A stretch of 64,000 nt of DNA from Pseudomonas aeruginosa PAO1 (GCF_000006765.1 NC_002516.2); one strand, 5' to 3'. Shown: positions 43,076-54,679, numbered from the stretch's first letter. The notes: generated from the letters alone by a model not told the origin. Program-made: numbers and translations.

Positions 43076-43276
43076 GTCGGCGCGCCGATCCGCTTCTATG
43101 CAACGGAGCGGGCCGGCGCGCGACCGGCCGATGCTCTGGGCAAGGAGCCTCGGCTATCGGCAAACCTTTGATTTTGCTTGCCTAGTTGCTCATTGTGCGG
43201 CCTTGCCGAGGCGTATAAACTTTGCAGCCTTTACGGTGACTCCTGCGGCGTTTTCGGATTGTCCGCCCAGCCTGGC

Positions 43277-43981
43277 ATGAAACCTATTCAGCTTCCCCTC
43301 AGTGTGCGTCTGCGCGACGACGCCACCTTCGCCAACTACTATCCCGGTGCCAATGCCGCGGCACTGGGATATGTCGAGCGTTTGTGCGAAGCCGAGGCTG
43401 GCTGGGCGGAAAGCCTCATCTACCTCTGGGGACACGACGGCGTCGGCCGCAGCCACCTGTTGCAGGCGGCCTGCTTGCGTTTCGAGCAGTTCGAAGAGCG
43501 AACCATCTACCTGCCGATGGCCGATCTGGTGCAGTACGGCCCGGAAATCTTCGACGATCTCGAGCAGTGCGAGCTGGTCTGCATCGACGACCTGGATGTG
43601 CTGGTTGGCAAGCGAGAATGGGAAGAGGGGCTGTTCCACCTGTTCAATCGACTGCGTGATACCGGTCGGCGCCTGCTGCTGGCGGCATCGAAGTCGCCCC
43701 GGGAGCTGCAGGTCAAGCTGCCGGACCTGAAGTCCCGCCTCACCATGGCGCTGATCTTCCAGTTGCACGGTCTTTCCGACGAGGACAAGCTTCGTGCCCT
43801 GCAACTGCGGGCATCCCGTCGTGGCCTGCATCTGACCGATGAAGTCGGTCGTTTCATCCTCAACCGCGGTTCGCGCAGCATGAACTCTCTGTTCGATCTG
43901 CTGGAGCAACTGGATCGCGCTTCGCTCCAGGCTCAGCGCAAGCTGACCATTCCTTTCCTCAAGGAAACCCTCGGCTGGTAA
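43277..43981 (+). CDS. hda: DnaA regulatory inactivator Hda
   Basis: N-terminal clamp motif QLPL, GVGRSHLL, DLKSRL. Confidence 0.95.
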   Translation: MKPIQLPLSVRLRDDATFANYYPGANAAALGYVERLCEAEAGWAESLIYLWGHDGVGRSHLLQAACLRFEQFEERTIYLPMADLVQYGPEIFDDLEQCELVCIDDLDVLVGKREWEEGLFHLFNRLRDTGRRLLLAASKSPRELQVKLPDLKSRLTMALIFQLHGLSDEDKLRALQLRASRRGLHLTDEVGRFILNRGSRSMNSLFDLLEQLDRASLQAQRKLTIPFLKETLGW

Positions 43982-44157
43982 GCGTCGACAGTCCGTCGGC
44001 GAACTCCCGCATGGCCGTGCCGCAGTCCTTGGGTTTCGCTTGCGGCAGGAAGTGACCGCCTTCTATCCGTCTCTCCATCCATGCGCCGGCAATACTGGAG
44101 CGCTGTCCGCAGGCTTCCCGGCGGTCGGCAGGGCAGGAGGGGGCTCCTGCCTTACCA

Positions 44158-44577
44158 TCAGCGTTCCCCGGCGACCCTTCGGTCGTACTGGAATCGCCAG
44201 CGCGTATAGAGCAGCGCGGCGCAGAACAAGGTCACGCTGAGTAGCACTTCGGCCCAGCCGAACAGGCGCTGCGTGGGATCGAAGGCGGCGAGTACGCCGA
44301 GGATGAAATACAGGTTGACCACGTAGCAGGCCCAGGCATGCCCGCGCGCGCTGCCCATGAGCAGTCCGGGGGCCACCACCAGCAGCGGCAGCAGCTTGAA
44401 GGCGAGGACCAGCCAGGGCACCCAGCTCGCCGCACCATGGGCGTCCGCGTAGATCAGGTCGCGAATGAGGATGAGCAGGACCAGGCCGACGAAGCTTCCC
44501 AGGCTGATGGCGCGGCTGAGCGCCAGGCGCGGCTGCAGCCACGCTACTTCGGGCAGCGGTTTGTTCTTGCGGGCCAT
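44158..44577 (-). CDS. DUF2069 membrane protein
   Basis: 4 TMs, KLLPLLVVAPGL..WACYVVNLYF; follows wrbA. Confidence 0.85.
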   Translation of the reverse strand: MARKNKPLPEVAWLQPRLALSRAISLGSFVGLVLLILIRDLIYADAHGAASWVPWLVLAFKLLPLLVVAPGLLMGSARGHAWACYVVNLYFILGVLAAFDPTQRLFGWAEVLLSVTLFCAALLYTRWRFQYDRRVAGER

Positions 44578-44578
44578 T

Positions 44579-45525
<947 letters not shown>

Positions 45526-45649
45526 GTCAGGGGTCGCATGGCCGGTGAAGTGACGGCTATTCTAACCGCCTCGTCGACCAGGACTGAACCCGTCGGCGCG
45601 AAGTACCGCCCCGAGAGGCGAAGAACCGGCGCGACTTCAAGGAGAGGGC

Positions 45650-46885
45650 ATGCGCGAACATTTCAACGATGGGGTCGAGTTCGCTCGCTTCCTCGCTCAT
45701 CGCTTCGTCACCGACAAGGCTCCCAACAGCGCGGCGGCGCTGACCTACACCACGTTGTTCGCGGTAGTGCCGATGATGACGGTGATGTTTTCCATGCTTT
45801 CGCTGATTCCGGCATTCCATGGCATGGGCGAGTCGATCCAGACTTTCATCTTTCGCAATTTCGTGCCTTCCGCTGGAGAAGCGGTGGAAACCTACCTGAA
45901 GAGTTTCACCACCCAGGCCCGGCACCTGACCTGGGTCGGGGTGGTCTTTCTGGCAGTCACCGCCTTCACCATGCTGGTGACCATCGAGAAAGCCTTCAAC
46001 GAGATCTGGCGGGTTCGCCAGCCACGCCGCGGTGTCGGGCGGTTCCTCCTCTACTGGGCGATCCTCAGCCTGGGCCCATTGTTGCTGGGGGCCGGCTTCG
46101 CCGTGACCACCTACATCACTTCGCTGTCGCTGCTCCATGGCCCGGACGCGTTGCCGGGCGCGGAGACGCTGCTGGGGCTGATGCCGCTGGCGTTCAGCGT
46201 GGCGGCCTTCACCCTGCTCTATTCGGCGGTCCCGAACGCCCGGGTCCCGGTGCGCCATGCCCTGATGGGCGGCGTGTTCACCGCGGTACTGTTCGAAGCC
46301 GCGAAAACCCTGTTCGGGCTGTACGTAAGCCTGTTTCCCGGCTACCAGTTGATCTACGGTGCCTTCGCCACCGTGCCTATCTTCCTGCTGTGGATCTATC
46401 TTTCCTGGATGATCGTTCTGTTCGGCGCGGTGCTGGTCTGCAATCTCTCTTCTTCCCGTCTCTGGCGGCGGCGCTCGCTGCCCAAGCTGATCGTCCTGCT
46501 CGGCGTGCTGAGGGTGTTCCTCCAGCGCCAGCAGCTTGGACAGTCGCTGCGCCTGACCCACTTGCATCGTGCGGGTTGGCTGTTGCCCGAGGATGAGTGG
46601 GAGGAACTGCTGGACTTTCTCGAGAAGGAGCAGTTCGTCTGTCGCGCCGGCGGAGGCGAGTGGGTGCTGTGCCGGGATCTTGGCGCCTACAGTCTGCATC
46701 GCTTGCTGAATCGCTGCCCCTGGCCCATGCCTAGCCGAGAGCGCATGCCTGCGAGTCTGGACGAGGCGTGGTATCCGCCGTTCCAGCAGGCCATGGAGCG
46801 CTTGCAGGTGGAGCAGGAGGCGCTGTTCGGAGAAAGCCTGGCCCACTGGCTGGCGGACGGAACCTCGGGAGCGAAGGTGACGTAA
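45650..46885 (+). CDS. YihY/BrkB family membrane protein
   Basis: [36 protein letters not shown]. Confidence 0.9.
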   Translation: MREHFNDGVEFARFLAHRFVTDKAPNSAAALTYTTLFAVVPMMTVMFSMLSLIPAFHGMGESIQTFIFRNFVPSAGEAVETYLKSFTTQARHLTWVGVVFLAVTAFTMLVTIEKAFNEIWRVRQPRRGVGRFLLYWAILSLGPLLLGAGFAVTTYITSLSLLHGPDALPGAETLLGLMPLAFSVAAFTLLYSAVPNARVPVRHALMGGVFTAVLFEAAKTLFGLYVSLFPGYQLIYGAFATVPIFLLWIYLSWMIVLFGAVLVCNLSSSRLWRRRSLPKLIVLLGVLRVFLQRQQLGQSLRLTHLHRAGWLLPEDEWEELLDFLEKEQFVCRAGGGEWVLCRDLGAYSLHRLLNRCPWPMPSRERMPASLDEAWYPPFQQAMERLQVEQEALFGESLAHWLADGTSGAKVT

Positions 46886-46966
46886 AGTGTCAGTTTGCGG
46901 CGAACGATGTGCATGAGGCGCTGCATGCTGCCGGAGGAACCCCAGCAAGCGCAGGGAAAGCGCTGT

Positions 46967-46982
46967 TGGCACGCTTCTGGCA
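46967..46982 (+). promoter_or_regulatory. Candidate sigma54 (-24/-12) promoter
   Basis: TGGCACGCTTCTGGCA; GG-N10-GC, one mismatch to TGGCACG-N4-TTGCA. Confidence 0.65.
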
Positions 46983-47034
46983 AACCCTCGTGTGACAGTC
47001 GTTTCACTCCGTAGTTCCGCCGAGGTTCCCGTTC

Positions 47035-47229
47035 ATGCTCCCAATGTCGAACAAGGTCGTCCATTTGCATCACAAGGATGAGCAGGCAGCGCTTGAGCGT
47101 TTGAACCGGATTACCGGGCTGCAGTTCAGCAGTTGGCCGGAGTCGCTGGTGCCGGCGCGCAGCGTCAGCGAACCGTCGCCTGAGAAAGCGCGGGACGAAC
47201 CCCTGCTCGATCAGGTGCGCCAGGGCTGA
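47035..47229 (+). CDS. 64-aa (or 61-aa from 47044) small protein
   Basis: Free-standing ORF, GAGG upstream, behind the sigma54 motif. Confidence 0.6.
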   Translation: MLPMSNKVVHLHHKDEQAALERLNRITGLQFSSWPESLVPARSVSEPSPEKARDEPLLDQVRQG

Positions 47230-47239
47230 GCGATCCGGC

Positions 47240-47623
47240 TCAAGCTTCGGACACCTGCTGGGACCTGTTTTCCTGCTCCACCGCTTGTACGAAGAACTCC
47301 TCCACGACCAGTCGGGAAAAGGCCGTCGCCGACTTCAGGCGTACCTGCATGTTTTCCACTTTCTGCCGTACGGGCAGGCGGGCAATGCCGGAAAGCAGGA
47401 TGCGTTGCTGGCGGTCGATTCGTCCGTGATCCACCGCCACTTCGCGCTGGCGCCCGCCATCCAGATAGCTGACCACCAGTGACACCAGCAGGTCGCAGGC
47501 ATCCGGAAGATGTAGCCAGGCGGCAATGTTGTAGTCCGCGACCAGGCCCTCGTGGGCTGTCAGGGTCGGGCGTGCGGCATCCACCAGGTGTGCGGGGACG
47601 CTTCCGATCAGATGGTCTTTCAT
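47240..47623 (-). CDS. 127-aa hypothetical protein
   Basis: Globular-looking composition, typical codon usage, TATAAT about 125 nt upstream. Confidence 0.7.
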   Translation of the reverse strand: MKDHLIGSVPAHLVDAARPTLTAHEGLVADYNIAAWLHLPDACDLLVSLVVSYLDGGRQREVAVDHGRIDRQQRILLSGIARLPVRQKVENMQVRLKSATAFSRLVVEEFFVQAVEQENRSQQVSEA

Positions 47624-47967
47624 AAGCAGCAGTGTGTCCGTTTAAAAGGGCTTCGGACTCGTCGCTCTCGACTTCTCCCCAAGTCGATCCTGCCGATGCC
47701 TGGGCATACGGCCGGTTGAGTCGTCGTGTCGTGTGTGGCACGCGGATTATAGGGGTGGTCCTTTGCGTCAAACTGTGCGGTTCGACGGCGATCGTCGTGA
47801 CTCTTCTCGCACTTTGTGCCTTGTAGGAAGTATCGGGGCTTCTTCTTCCCATATTCGTCTCCACTCGGTTTTGCAGAGGTGGATGGCTTCCAGTAAGGTC
47901 TCGCCATAGTGCCGCGCCGGGTTGCCCTGGTCCGGCCGAAGTTTTCCTGACTCGAGAGGTTCCTGAC

Positions 47968-48432
47968 ATGGGGAGTTGGCTACGCCCGCTGGGCGCTGCT
48001 GCGGTGTTGTTTCTCGCGGGCTGTTCGGCGGATTACGGAGTCGACCAGGACGGGCGTCCTGTCGCTGCGGAGCAGTTGGACGGGCATTGGCTGGTGGTCA
48101 ATTACTGGGCTGACTGGTGCGCGCCCTGCCGGACCGAGATTCCGGAGATGAATCGCCTTGCGCAGGTGCTGGAAGGGCAGGGCGGGCGCGTCATTGGCGT
48201 GAATTTCGATGGCCTGCGCGATGCCGAGTTGAAGAAGTCGGCCGATGGCATGGGGATTCGCTTCACCGTGCTGGCCGATGATCCGGCGCCTCGCTTCAAG
48301 CTCCCTCGCAGCGAAGCGTTGCCCGTCACCTATATCGTCGATGCTCGGGGGGAAATGCGTCAGCGTCTGCTGGGCGAGCAGACGGCCGATGGCATATTGA
48401 AACAGCTCGAGGCTTTGCGGGAGGGACGCTGA
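47968..48432 (+). CDS. TlpA/ResA-like thiol-disulfide oxidoreductase lipoprotein
   Basis: Lipobox FLAGC; NYWADWCAPC; LPVTY. Confidence 0.9.
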   Translation: MGSWLRPLGAAAVLFLAGCSADYGVDQDGRPVAAEQLDGHWLVVNYWADWCAPCRTEIPEMNRLAQVLEGQGGRVIGVNFDGLRDAELKKSADGMGIRFTVLADDPAPRFKLPRSEALPVTYIVDARGEMRQRLLGEQTADGILKQLEALREGR

Positions 48433-48707
48433 TGGCGAGGATCTGCTTGCATGCCTATGTCGGCGGCCGGGTACAGGGCGTCGGTTTCCGTCAGGCGACC
48501 CGGGAAGAGGCTGATCGCCTCGAACTCGACGGTTGGGTGCGAAACCTGGATGACGGGCGTGTCGAAGTCGTCTGGGAGGGTGAGGAGGACCGGGCGAAAG
48601 CCCTGGAGCGATGGCTGGGGCGGGGCCCGCGGCACGCGGAGGTCTCTGCGGTCGAGGTCGAGCAAATGCCGCTGCAGGGGATCGCTGGCTTCGTCGTCCG
48701 TCGCTGA
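48432..48707 (+). CDS. acyP: Acylphosphatase
   Basis: GRVQGVGFR, GWVRNLDDGRVE. Confidence 0.95.
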   Translation: MARICLHAYVGGRVQGVGFRQATREEADRLELDGWVRNLDDGRVEVVWEGEEDRAKALERWLGRGPRHAEVSAVEVEQMPLQGIAGFVVRR

Positions 48708-48723
48708 CGAGGCGAGTTCGCCG

Positions 48724-49680
48724 TCAGGGCGTCTCGCCAGGGTCCGCGGCCAGGCGACCGGCATCCCGGAGCAGGGCATGCATGAACTGCTGCTGCAGTT
48801 CGGGGTCGTTGCGCGTGAGCTCGATCAGGCTCTGTTCCAGTTCGCTGGCTTCTTCTTCCAGGCCCAGCTCCGCGAGGCGTTTCACCCGATGGACCCAGTG
48901 GTGGACGTCATCGCCTTCCAGGTCGTCATAGATCAGGGCGTGAGCTTCCAGGAGCTTGCCGCGCAGGCTGCGGCTGACGCGGAGGCTGGCATCGGCGCGG
49001 GTACCATCCTGTGGGTCGCTCACCGAAAGGTGTATCTGCGAGATGCGGCTGATGTCCTGTTCGGCGAAGGGGCTGTCGAGCAGGTTGAGGCGCAGCACGC
49101 CATGACGGTCGGTAAGCAGTTCGTTGAGTTCCTTGCCGGAACTGACCAGGACCGGACGCTCCGCCCAGGGCAGGCTGGAGTATTCCAGGCGCTTGTCGCG
49201 CTGTTTCTCGTCGATGCTCGCGAGATTCTGTTCGGCGCGACCGTTGGATTCCACGTTCATGAACGGATTCACCCCGGCCAGTCCGTAGTTGATCCAGCCG
49301 TGGGTGATGTTGTCCGGTACGCTGCCGAAGGTCACCACGTTGACGATGTTCGCTCCGACGCCGGCCACCAGCGCCACCGCGCCCAACGGGATCTCGTAGA
49401 TCTCCCGCCAGGCCTGGTACGGCGTATAGCGGTCGTAACGGCGCGTCACCTCGAACTCGGTGACCTCGAAGGACTTCTGGTCGTTGATCCGGACCCGGCG
49501 CTGCGGCAGTTCGAGCACATCGGGCTGGCCGACATCGACTTGCAGGGTGTGTTCGAGCAGCTTCCGCTCGACGCGCTCCTCATGCTCGCTACGCTGCGGC
49601 AACTGGTTGGCGCAGCCGCTCAGCAGAAGGCCGCCGCACAGGGCGGCGGCGAATAGGCGCAGGGGTCTTCCGGTGGGCAT
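48724..49680 (-). CDS. Hypothetical lipoprotein
   Basis: Lipobox LLSGC; 318 aa. Confidence 0.8.
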   Translation of the reverse strand: MPTGRPLRLFAAALCGGLLLSGCANQLPQRSEHEERVERKLLEHTLQVDVGQPDVLELPQRRVRINDQKSFEVTEFEVTRRYDRYTPYQAWREIYEIPLGAVALVAGVGANIVNVVTFGSVPDNITHGWINYGLAGVNPFMNVESNGRAEQNLASIDEKQRDKRLEYSSLPWAERPVLVSSGKELNELLTDRHGVLRLNLLDSPFAEQDISRISQIHLSVSDPQDGTRADASLRVSRSLRGKLLEAHALIYDDLEGDDVHHWVHRVKRLAELGLEEEASELEQSLIELTRNDPELQQQFMHALLRDAGRLAADPGETP

Positions 49681-49688
49681 CGTTACGC

Positions 49689-51404
49689 TCAGCGGCTGAG
49701 TTTTTCGGTGATGAACGACATCAGTTCGCCGATCGGCAGGTTCTGCGACTCGCTGTCGCGGCGGCCCTTGTATTCCAGGACGCCTTCGCTGAGGCCGCGG
49801 TCGCTGATCACGATGCGGTGGGGAATGCCGATCAGCTCCATGTCGGCGAACTTCACCCCGGGGCTGGTCTTCTTGTCGCGATCGTCCAGCAGCACTTCGA
49901 AACCGGCTGCGGTCAGCTCGGCATAGAGCTTGTCGGTCGCCTGCTTGACGCTCTCGGTTTCGTACTTCAGCGGTACCAGGGCGATCTGGAACGGCGCCAA
50001 TGCGCTTGGCCAGAGAATGCCGCGCTCGTCATGGTTCTGCTCGATGGCGGCGGCGACCACGCGGGATACGCCGATGCCGTAGCAGCCCATGATCAGGTTG
50101 ACCGGCTTGCCCTGTTCGCTCAGGACGCTCAGCTTCATCGCTTCGCTGTACTTGGTGCCAAGCTGGAAGATATGACCGACCTCGATGCCGCGCTTGATCA
50201 CCAGGGTGCCCTTGCCGTCCGGGCTGGGGTCGCCTTCGACGACATTGCGCAGGTCGGCGACCTCGGGCAGCGGCAGGTCGCGCTCCCAGTTCACGCCGAA
50301 GTAGTGCTTGTCCTCGATGTTGGCGCCAGCGGCGAAATCGCTCATCAGGGCGACGGAGCGGTCGACGATGCAGGCGATCGGCAGGTTGACCGGGCCCAGC
50401 GAGCCGGGGCCGGCACCGATGGCGGCACGGATCTCGGCCTCCGAAGCGAATACCAGCGGGCTGGCGACCAGCGGCTGGTTGGCGGCCTTGATTTCGTTGA
50501 GCTCGTGATCACCGCGGACGATCAGGGCGACCAGGGTGCCTTCTTCGGCGCCATGCACCACCAGGGTCTTGATGGTTTTCTCGATCGGTAGCTGGAAGCC
50601 GTCCACCAGGGCCGCGATGGTCTTGGTGTTGGGCGTGTCGACCAGGCGCATGTCCTCGGTGGCGCTGCCGCGGGCGCTCTCGCGCGGCACGGCTTCGGCC
50701 TTCTCGATGTTCGCGGCGTAGTCGGAGCTGTCGCTGAAGACGATATCGTCCTCGCCGGAGTTGGCCAGCACGTGGAACTCATGGGAGCCGCTGCCGCCGA
50801 TGGAGCCGTTGTCGGCTTGCACGGGACGGAAATCCAGGCCGAGGCGGGAGAAGATCTTGCTGTACGCCTGGTACATCCCGTCGTAGGTCTGCTGCAGCGA
50901 GTCCTGGCTCAGGTGGAAGGAATAGGCGTCCTTCATGATGAATTCGCGTCCGCGCATCAGGCCGAAGCGCGGGCGGATCTCATCGCGGAACTTGGTCTGG
51001 ATCTGATAGAAGTTGATCGGCAGTTGCTTGTAGCTGTTCAGCTCGTTGCGCGCGAGGTCGGTGATCACTTCTTCGTGGGTCGGGCCTACGCAGAATTCGC
51101 GCTCGTGGCGGTCCTTCAGGCGCAGCAGCTCAGGGCCGTATTGCTCCCAGCGCCCCGACTCCTGCCACAGCTCGGCCGGCTGCACCGCCGGCATCAGCAC
51201 TTCCAGGGCGCCGGCAGCGTTCATTTCCTCGCGGACGATGGTCTCGACCTTGCGCAGTACCCGCAGGCCCATTGGCAGCCAGGTGTAGAGACCCGAGGCC
51301 AGGCGACGGATCATGCCGGCGCGAAGCAGCAGTTGATGGCTGATTACCACCGCGTCGGCGGGGGTTTCTTTGAGCGTGGAAAGCAGATACTGACTGGTAC
51401 GCAT
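49689..51404 (-). CDS. proS: Prolyl-tRNA synthetase
   Basis: 571 aa; [17 protein letters not shown]; editing domain; GCYGIG. Confidence 0.98.
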   Translation of the reverse strand: MRTSQYLLSTLKETPADAVVISHQLLLRAGMIRRLASGLYTWLPMGLRVLRKVETIVREEMNAAGALEVLMPAVQPAELWQESGRWEQYGPELLRLKDRHEREFCVGPTHEEVITDLARNELNSYKQLPINFYQIQTKFRDEIRPRFGLMRGREFIMKDAYSFHLSQDSLQQTYDGMYQAYSKIFSRLGLDFRPVQADNGSIGGSGSHEFHVLANSGEDDIVFSDSSDYAANIEKAEAVPRESARGSATEDMRLVDTPNTKTIAALVDGFQLPIEKTIKTLVVHGAEEGTLVALIVRGDHELNEIKAANQPLVASPLVFASEAEIRAAIGAGPGSLGPVNLPIACIVDRSVALMSDFAAGANIEDKHYFGVNWERDLPLPEVADLRNVVEGDPSPDGKGTLVIKRGIEVGHIFQLGTKYSEAMKLSVLSEQGKPVNLIMGCYGIGVSRVVAAAIEQNHDERGILWPSALAPFQIALVPLKYETESVKQATDKLYAELTAAGFEVLLDDRDKKTSPGVKFADMELIGIPHRIVISDRGLSEGVLEYKGRRDSESQNLPIGELMSFITEKLSR

Positions 51405-51511
51405 CTTTGGCCGTTATGTCGGTTGTATCGGGAGGAATGGCTGGGCATTGTACGGTGCCGGTCTGGCTGCGTACAGGGCGCCGGCCATCGATGATGAGGA
51501 GTCAGCAGGCA

Positions 51512-51919
51512 ATGAACGCGGCGCAGGTACAGGCGTTGATCCGCATGGGGCTACCCATGGCCGAGGACATCGATTTTCGTGTCGAGCGTCTCGACGAACG
51601 ACATGCGCTGGCGCGCATACCTTTTCACGGCAAGCTGGTGCGTCCCGGTGGAACGCTGTCCGGCCCGACCATCATGGCGCTGGCCGACGCGGCGATGTAC
51701 GCGGTCATTCTCGGGCGTCTCGGGGCGGTCGAGATGGCCGTGACCTCGAACCTGAACATCAACTTCCTCAGCAAGCCCAGGCCCGAGGACCTGTTGGCCG
51801 AGGCGAGCATCCTCAAGCTGGGGCGGCGCCAGGTCGTCTGCGAGGTCGGGGTGTTTTCGCAGAGTAATGAGGAAGACCTGGTGGCCCATGTCACCGGTAC
51901 CTACGCCCTTCCTTTATAG
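51512..51919 (+). CDS. PaaI-family thioesterase
   Basis: GGTLSGPTIMALAD hotdog motif. Confidence 0.88.
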   Translation: MNAAQVQALIRMGLPMAEDIDFRVERLDERHALARIPFHGKLVRPGGTLSGPTIMALADAAMYAVILGRLGAVEMAVTSNLNINFLSKPRPEDLLAEASILKLGRRQVVCEVGVFSQSNEEDLVAHVTGTYALPL

Positions 51920-51938
51920 GCGCGTTGCCGCCAAGAAG

Positions 51939-51965
51939 AAAAAACCCGGCGATGCCGGGTTTTTT
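51939..51965. terminator. Bidirectional terminator (oprD)
   Basis: A6-CCCGGC-GAT-GCCGGG-T6. Confidence 0.92.
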
Positions 51966-51982
51966 CGTTGCCTGTCGGTCGA

Positions 51983-53314
51983 TTACAGGATCGACAGCGG
52001 ATAGTCGACGATCAGGCGGAACTCGTTCTGGTCGCCTTCGCCCTGGTCGGCGTTGGCACGGTGCCAGGCCTGGCGGATGCGGAACGACAGGTCCTTGGCC
52101 GGACCGGACTGGACCACGTACTTGGCTTCGAGGTTGGTTTCGTGGTGCTTGCCATCCTCGCCGTAGCCGTAGTTCTTATAGCCGACGTTGTTGTCAGACA
52201 TCTTGGTGCCATCGATGTCCTTGCCATTGATATAGCGGACCATGAAAGTCAGGCCGGGAACGCCATAGGAGGCTAGGTTCAGGTCGTAGCGAGCCTGCCA
52301 GGATTTCTCGCCAGGGCCGTTGAAGTCGGAGTACTGGACAGAGTTGGCGAGGAAAATCGAGTCGCCACCTGCGCCAGAGCCGTTGCGGCCGAAGCCGATA
52401 TAATCAAACGGCTGATCGCCATGGACCTTCTGGTAGGCCAAGGTGAAAGTGTGCGCATCCAGAGTGTAGGCTGCCGCCAGGGACCAAGTGGTGTTGCTGA
52501 TGTCGCCGGCCTTGGCCTTGCCTTCATCGTTTGTGCGGTAGATGTTGAAATCGAAGCCCAGCGATTGGTCGGATGCCAGTGGGATGGTGTAGTTGCTGTT
52601 CAGGTAATACTGGCGATAGATGTCTTCGAGTTCGGCGCCGTACAGGGAGGCGCTGAGGTTATCGGTGATTGCGTAGCGGCCCCCAATGAAATCGGCGCTC
52701 TTGGCGGTCTCGCCTGCGTAGGTGGCATAGAGTTCGCCACGCGATTTGACGGTGGTCGGCTCCTTGCCCTCGGTGAAGTGGCCTGCCTCGAGGTCGAGCC
52801 CTTCGAATTCGCTGCTCTGCAGCTGGAAGCCGGTCGCGGTCTGCGGGAACAGGCGGCTGCCGCCAGCGGCGAAGACCGGGGCGGTCGGTTGCATCTCGCC
52901 CCACTTCAGCATGGTCTTGGAGATGCGCACCTTCACGGCGCCGCCGGCGCGGCTGTAGTCATCGCGCGGCTTGCCGTCGTTCATCACCGGCAGGTTGCCG
53001 GTGCCGGTCTTGTCGGAGGTGCCGTCGAGCTTCAGGCCCAGGTAGCCGAAGGCATCGACGCCGAAGCCCACAGTGCCTTGGGTGAAGCCGGATTCATAGG
53101 TGGTGAGGAAGCCTTGGGTCCAGTCGACGCGGTCCCCGCTGCCGCTCTTGCCGTCACGGTTGAAATAGTAGTTGCGGAGCAGCAGGTCGAGGCTGCTGTC
53201 TTCGATGAACCCCTTCGCTTCGGCCTGATCGCTGACGAATGCGTCGGCCACGGCGAACTGAGTGCTACCTGCGGAAACCGCCAGTGCAATGGCGCTCCAC
53301 TTCATCACTTTCAT
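51983..53314 (-). CDS. oprD: Basic amino acid/carbapenem porin OprD, intact, PAO1-type loop 7
   Basis: 443 aa MKVMKWSAIALAV...VDYPLSIL; MSDNNVGYKNYG loop. Confidence 0.98.
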   Translation of the reverse strand: MKVMKWSAIALAVSAGSTQFAVADAFVSDQAEAKGFIEDSSLDLLLRNYYFNRDGKSGSGDRVDWTQGFLTTYESGFTQGTVGFGVDAFGYLGLKLDGTSDKTGTGNLPVMNDGKPRDDYSRAGGAVKVRISKTMLKWGEMQPTAPVFAAGGSRLFPQTATGFQLQSSEFEGLDLEAGHFTEGKEPTTVKSRGELYATYAGETAKSADFIGGRYAITDNLSASLYGAELEDIYRQYYLNSNYTIPLASDQSLGFDFNIYRTNDEGKAKAGDISNTTWSLAAAYTLDAHTFTLAYQKVHGDQPFDYIGFGRNGSGAGGDSIFLANSVQYSDFNGPGEKSWQARYDLNLASYGVPGLTFMVRYINGKDIDGTKMSDNNVGYKNYGYGEDGKHHETNLEAKYVVQSGPAKDLSFRIRQAWHRANADQGEGDQNEFRLIVDYPLSIL

Positions 53315-53458
53315 TGTGATTGCTCCTTTGGTTTTGAAATTATCTCTGCCATCACAGTGCCGCAGTGACGGCTAGTTCTTCTTGTCGGCGCTAACTTATA
53401 GCACGCAGTGTTTCTTGGCGATAGTTGAGGTTCCGAAGCGACGGATTCTTTACCGTGC

Positions 53459-53526
53459 TGTCGCAAAATTGCATGACGCATGTCGCATCTGCGTAGGTGC
53501 GCAGTTGAAAAAATGACGTATGTCGC
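53459..53526. promoter_or_regulatory. Direct repeats upstream of oprD (ArgR-like TGTCGC)
   Basis: TGTCGC at 53459, 53481 and 53521; ATGACG(C/T)ATGTCGC twice, 40 bp apart. Confidence 0.6.
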
Positions 53527-54032
53527 GGGGTTGGTCACTCTTGTTGAGGTCGCTTCTCAAGTCGCTTTTCCCGATTGGCGGGGCCTTGTAATAAAAATGT
53601 CATGTTCCGTACGGCCCCTCTTACTGTGATGAAAGAGGTATAAGCAAACTCCGTGCACAAATTGGAAAATGGCTTCGCCTATGTATTCCAGTTGGTCTCT
53701 TCGAGAGCGAGGCTATTCTGTTTGAAAGCAAACGAATTATGCTTTGAAACCTGATTGTAATCCGTCTGCTTCAAGGGTTGGTTGCCATCGAGTTGTCTGT
53801 GGCGAATGCGTTTGTATCCACGGCATGTCTTATGTTCGGCGTCGCGCTGTATTCATTTGGCCGGCATCTTATGGGGCGTTCGGCTGGAGAGGCGCGCCAA
53901 GCTGGGGCGGGCGGATGTGTGGGCTTGCTTTGGCCGGGCGGCGAAGTATCCTGCGCGGCAGTTACGGCGGGGCCCTTCCCGGAGGGAGGGGCTAAGCTGT
54001 CCATGAACGACGGTCGAACAGGAGAGGTCAGT

Positions 54033-54461
54033 ATGTTCGCTTTGGATCCCCGGCTGGAGCAGGACACCCTGTTGCTCGGCGACTTTCCCCTCAGCCGCCT
54101 GCTGCTGATGAACGATGCCCGCTATCCGTGGTTCATCCTGGTGCCGAGGCGGGAGGATGTCACCGAGCTGTTCCAGCTCGATGTCGATGACCGGCAGGCG
54201 CTGTGGCGCGAGGCCACGCTGCTGGCAGAGGTCCTCAAGGACACCTTCCGTGCGGACAAGATGAATGTCGCTAACCTGGGCAATGTGGTCAGCCAGCTTC
54301 ACATGCACGTGATCGTCCGGCGACGTGGTGACGACGCCTGGCCCGGCCCTGTCTGGGGGCGCCATCCGGCTCGGCCTTATTCTTCCGAGCAGGTCGAGGC
54401 GATCCGCGGCAAGTTGCGGATGGTGCTGACCGACGGCTTCCGTTTTGCCGGGGAGGCCTAG
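54033..54461 (+). CDS. HIT-family protein
   Basis: LGNVVSQLHMHVI. Confidence 0.9.
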   Translation: MFALDPRLEQDTLLLGDFPLSRLLLMNDARYPWFILVPRREDVTELFQLDVDDRQALWREATLLAEVLKDTFRADKMNVANLGNVVSQLHMHVIVRRRGDDAWPGPVWGRHPARPYSSEQVEAIRGKLRMVLTDGFRFAGEA

Positions 54462-54671
54462 ATGGAGCTGGACGCGCGCATGGATGACCTGGAATGCCGC
54501 CAGGCTTTCCAGGATGACACTTTGCAGGCTCTCAACGATGTGGTGGTCGAGCAGCAGCGCAGCATCGAGCGACTGCAGCTTCAGGTCGCGGCATTGATCA
54601 AGCGTCTGGAAGACGTCCAGGGGCTGGTGGGCGAGGCGGGGGAAGACGAAGCGCCTCCTCCCCATTATTGA
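54462..54671 (+). CDS. slyX: SlyX family protein
   Basis: [16 protein letters not shown] ... EAPPPHY. Confidence 0.93.
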   Translation: MELDARMDDLECRQAFQDDTLQALNDVVVEQQRSIERLQLQVAALIKRLEDVQGLVGEAGEDEAPPPHY

Positions 54672-54679
54672 ATGCACAA

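Noticed and set aside
46991-47008. Vfr/CRP site TGTGA...TCACT
   Set aside because: Spacer is 8 rather than 6 bp.
47755-47800. c-di-GMP-I riboswitch (GACGCAAAG on the minus strand)
   Set aside because: Lacks the upstream GGCAAAC/GNRA P2 stem; it overlaps the promoter instead.
47211-47969. 252-aa minus ORF spanning the acyP-upstream gap
   Set aside because: Low-complexity Pro/Arg/Gly translation overlapping better-supported ORFs and promoter elements.
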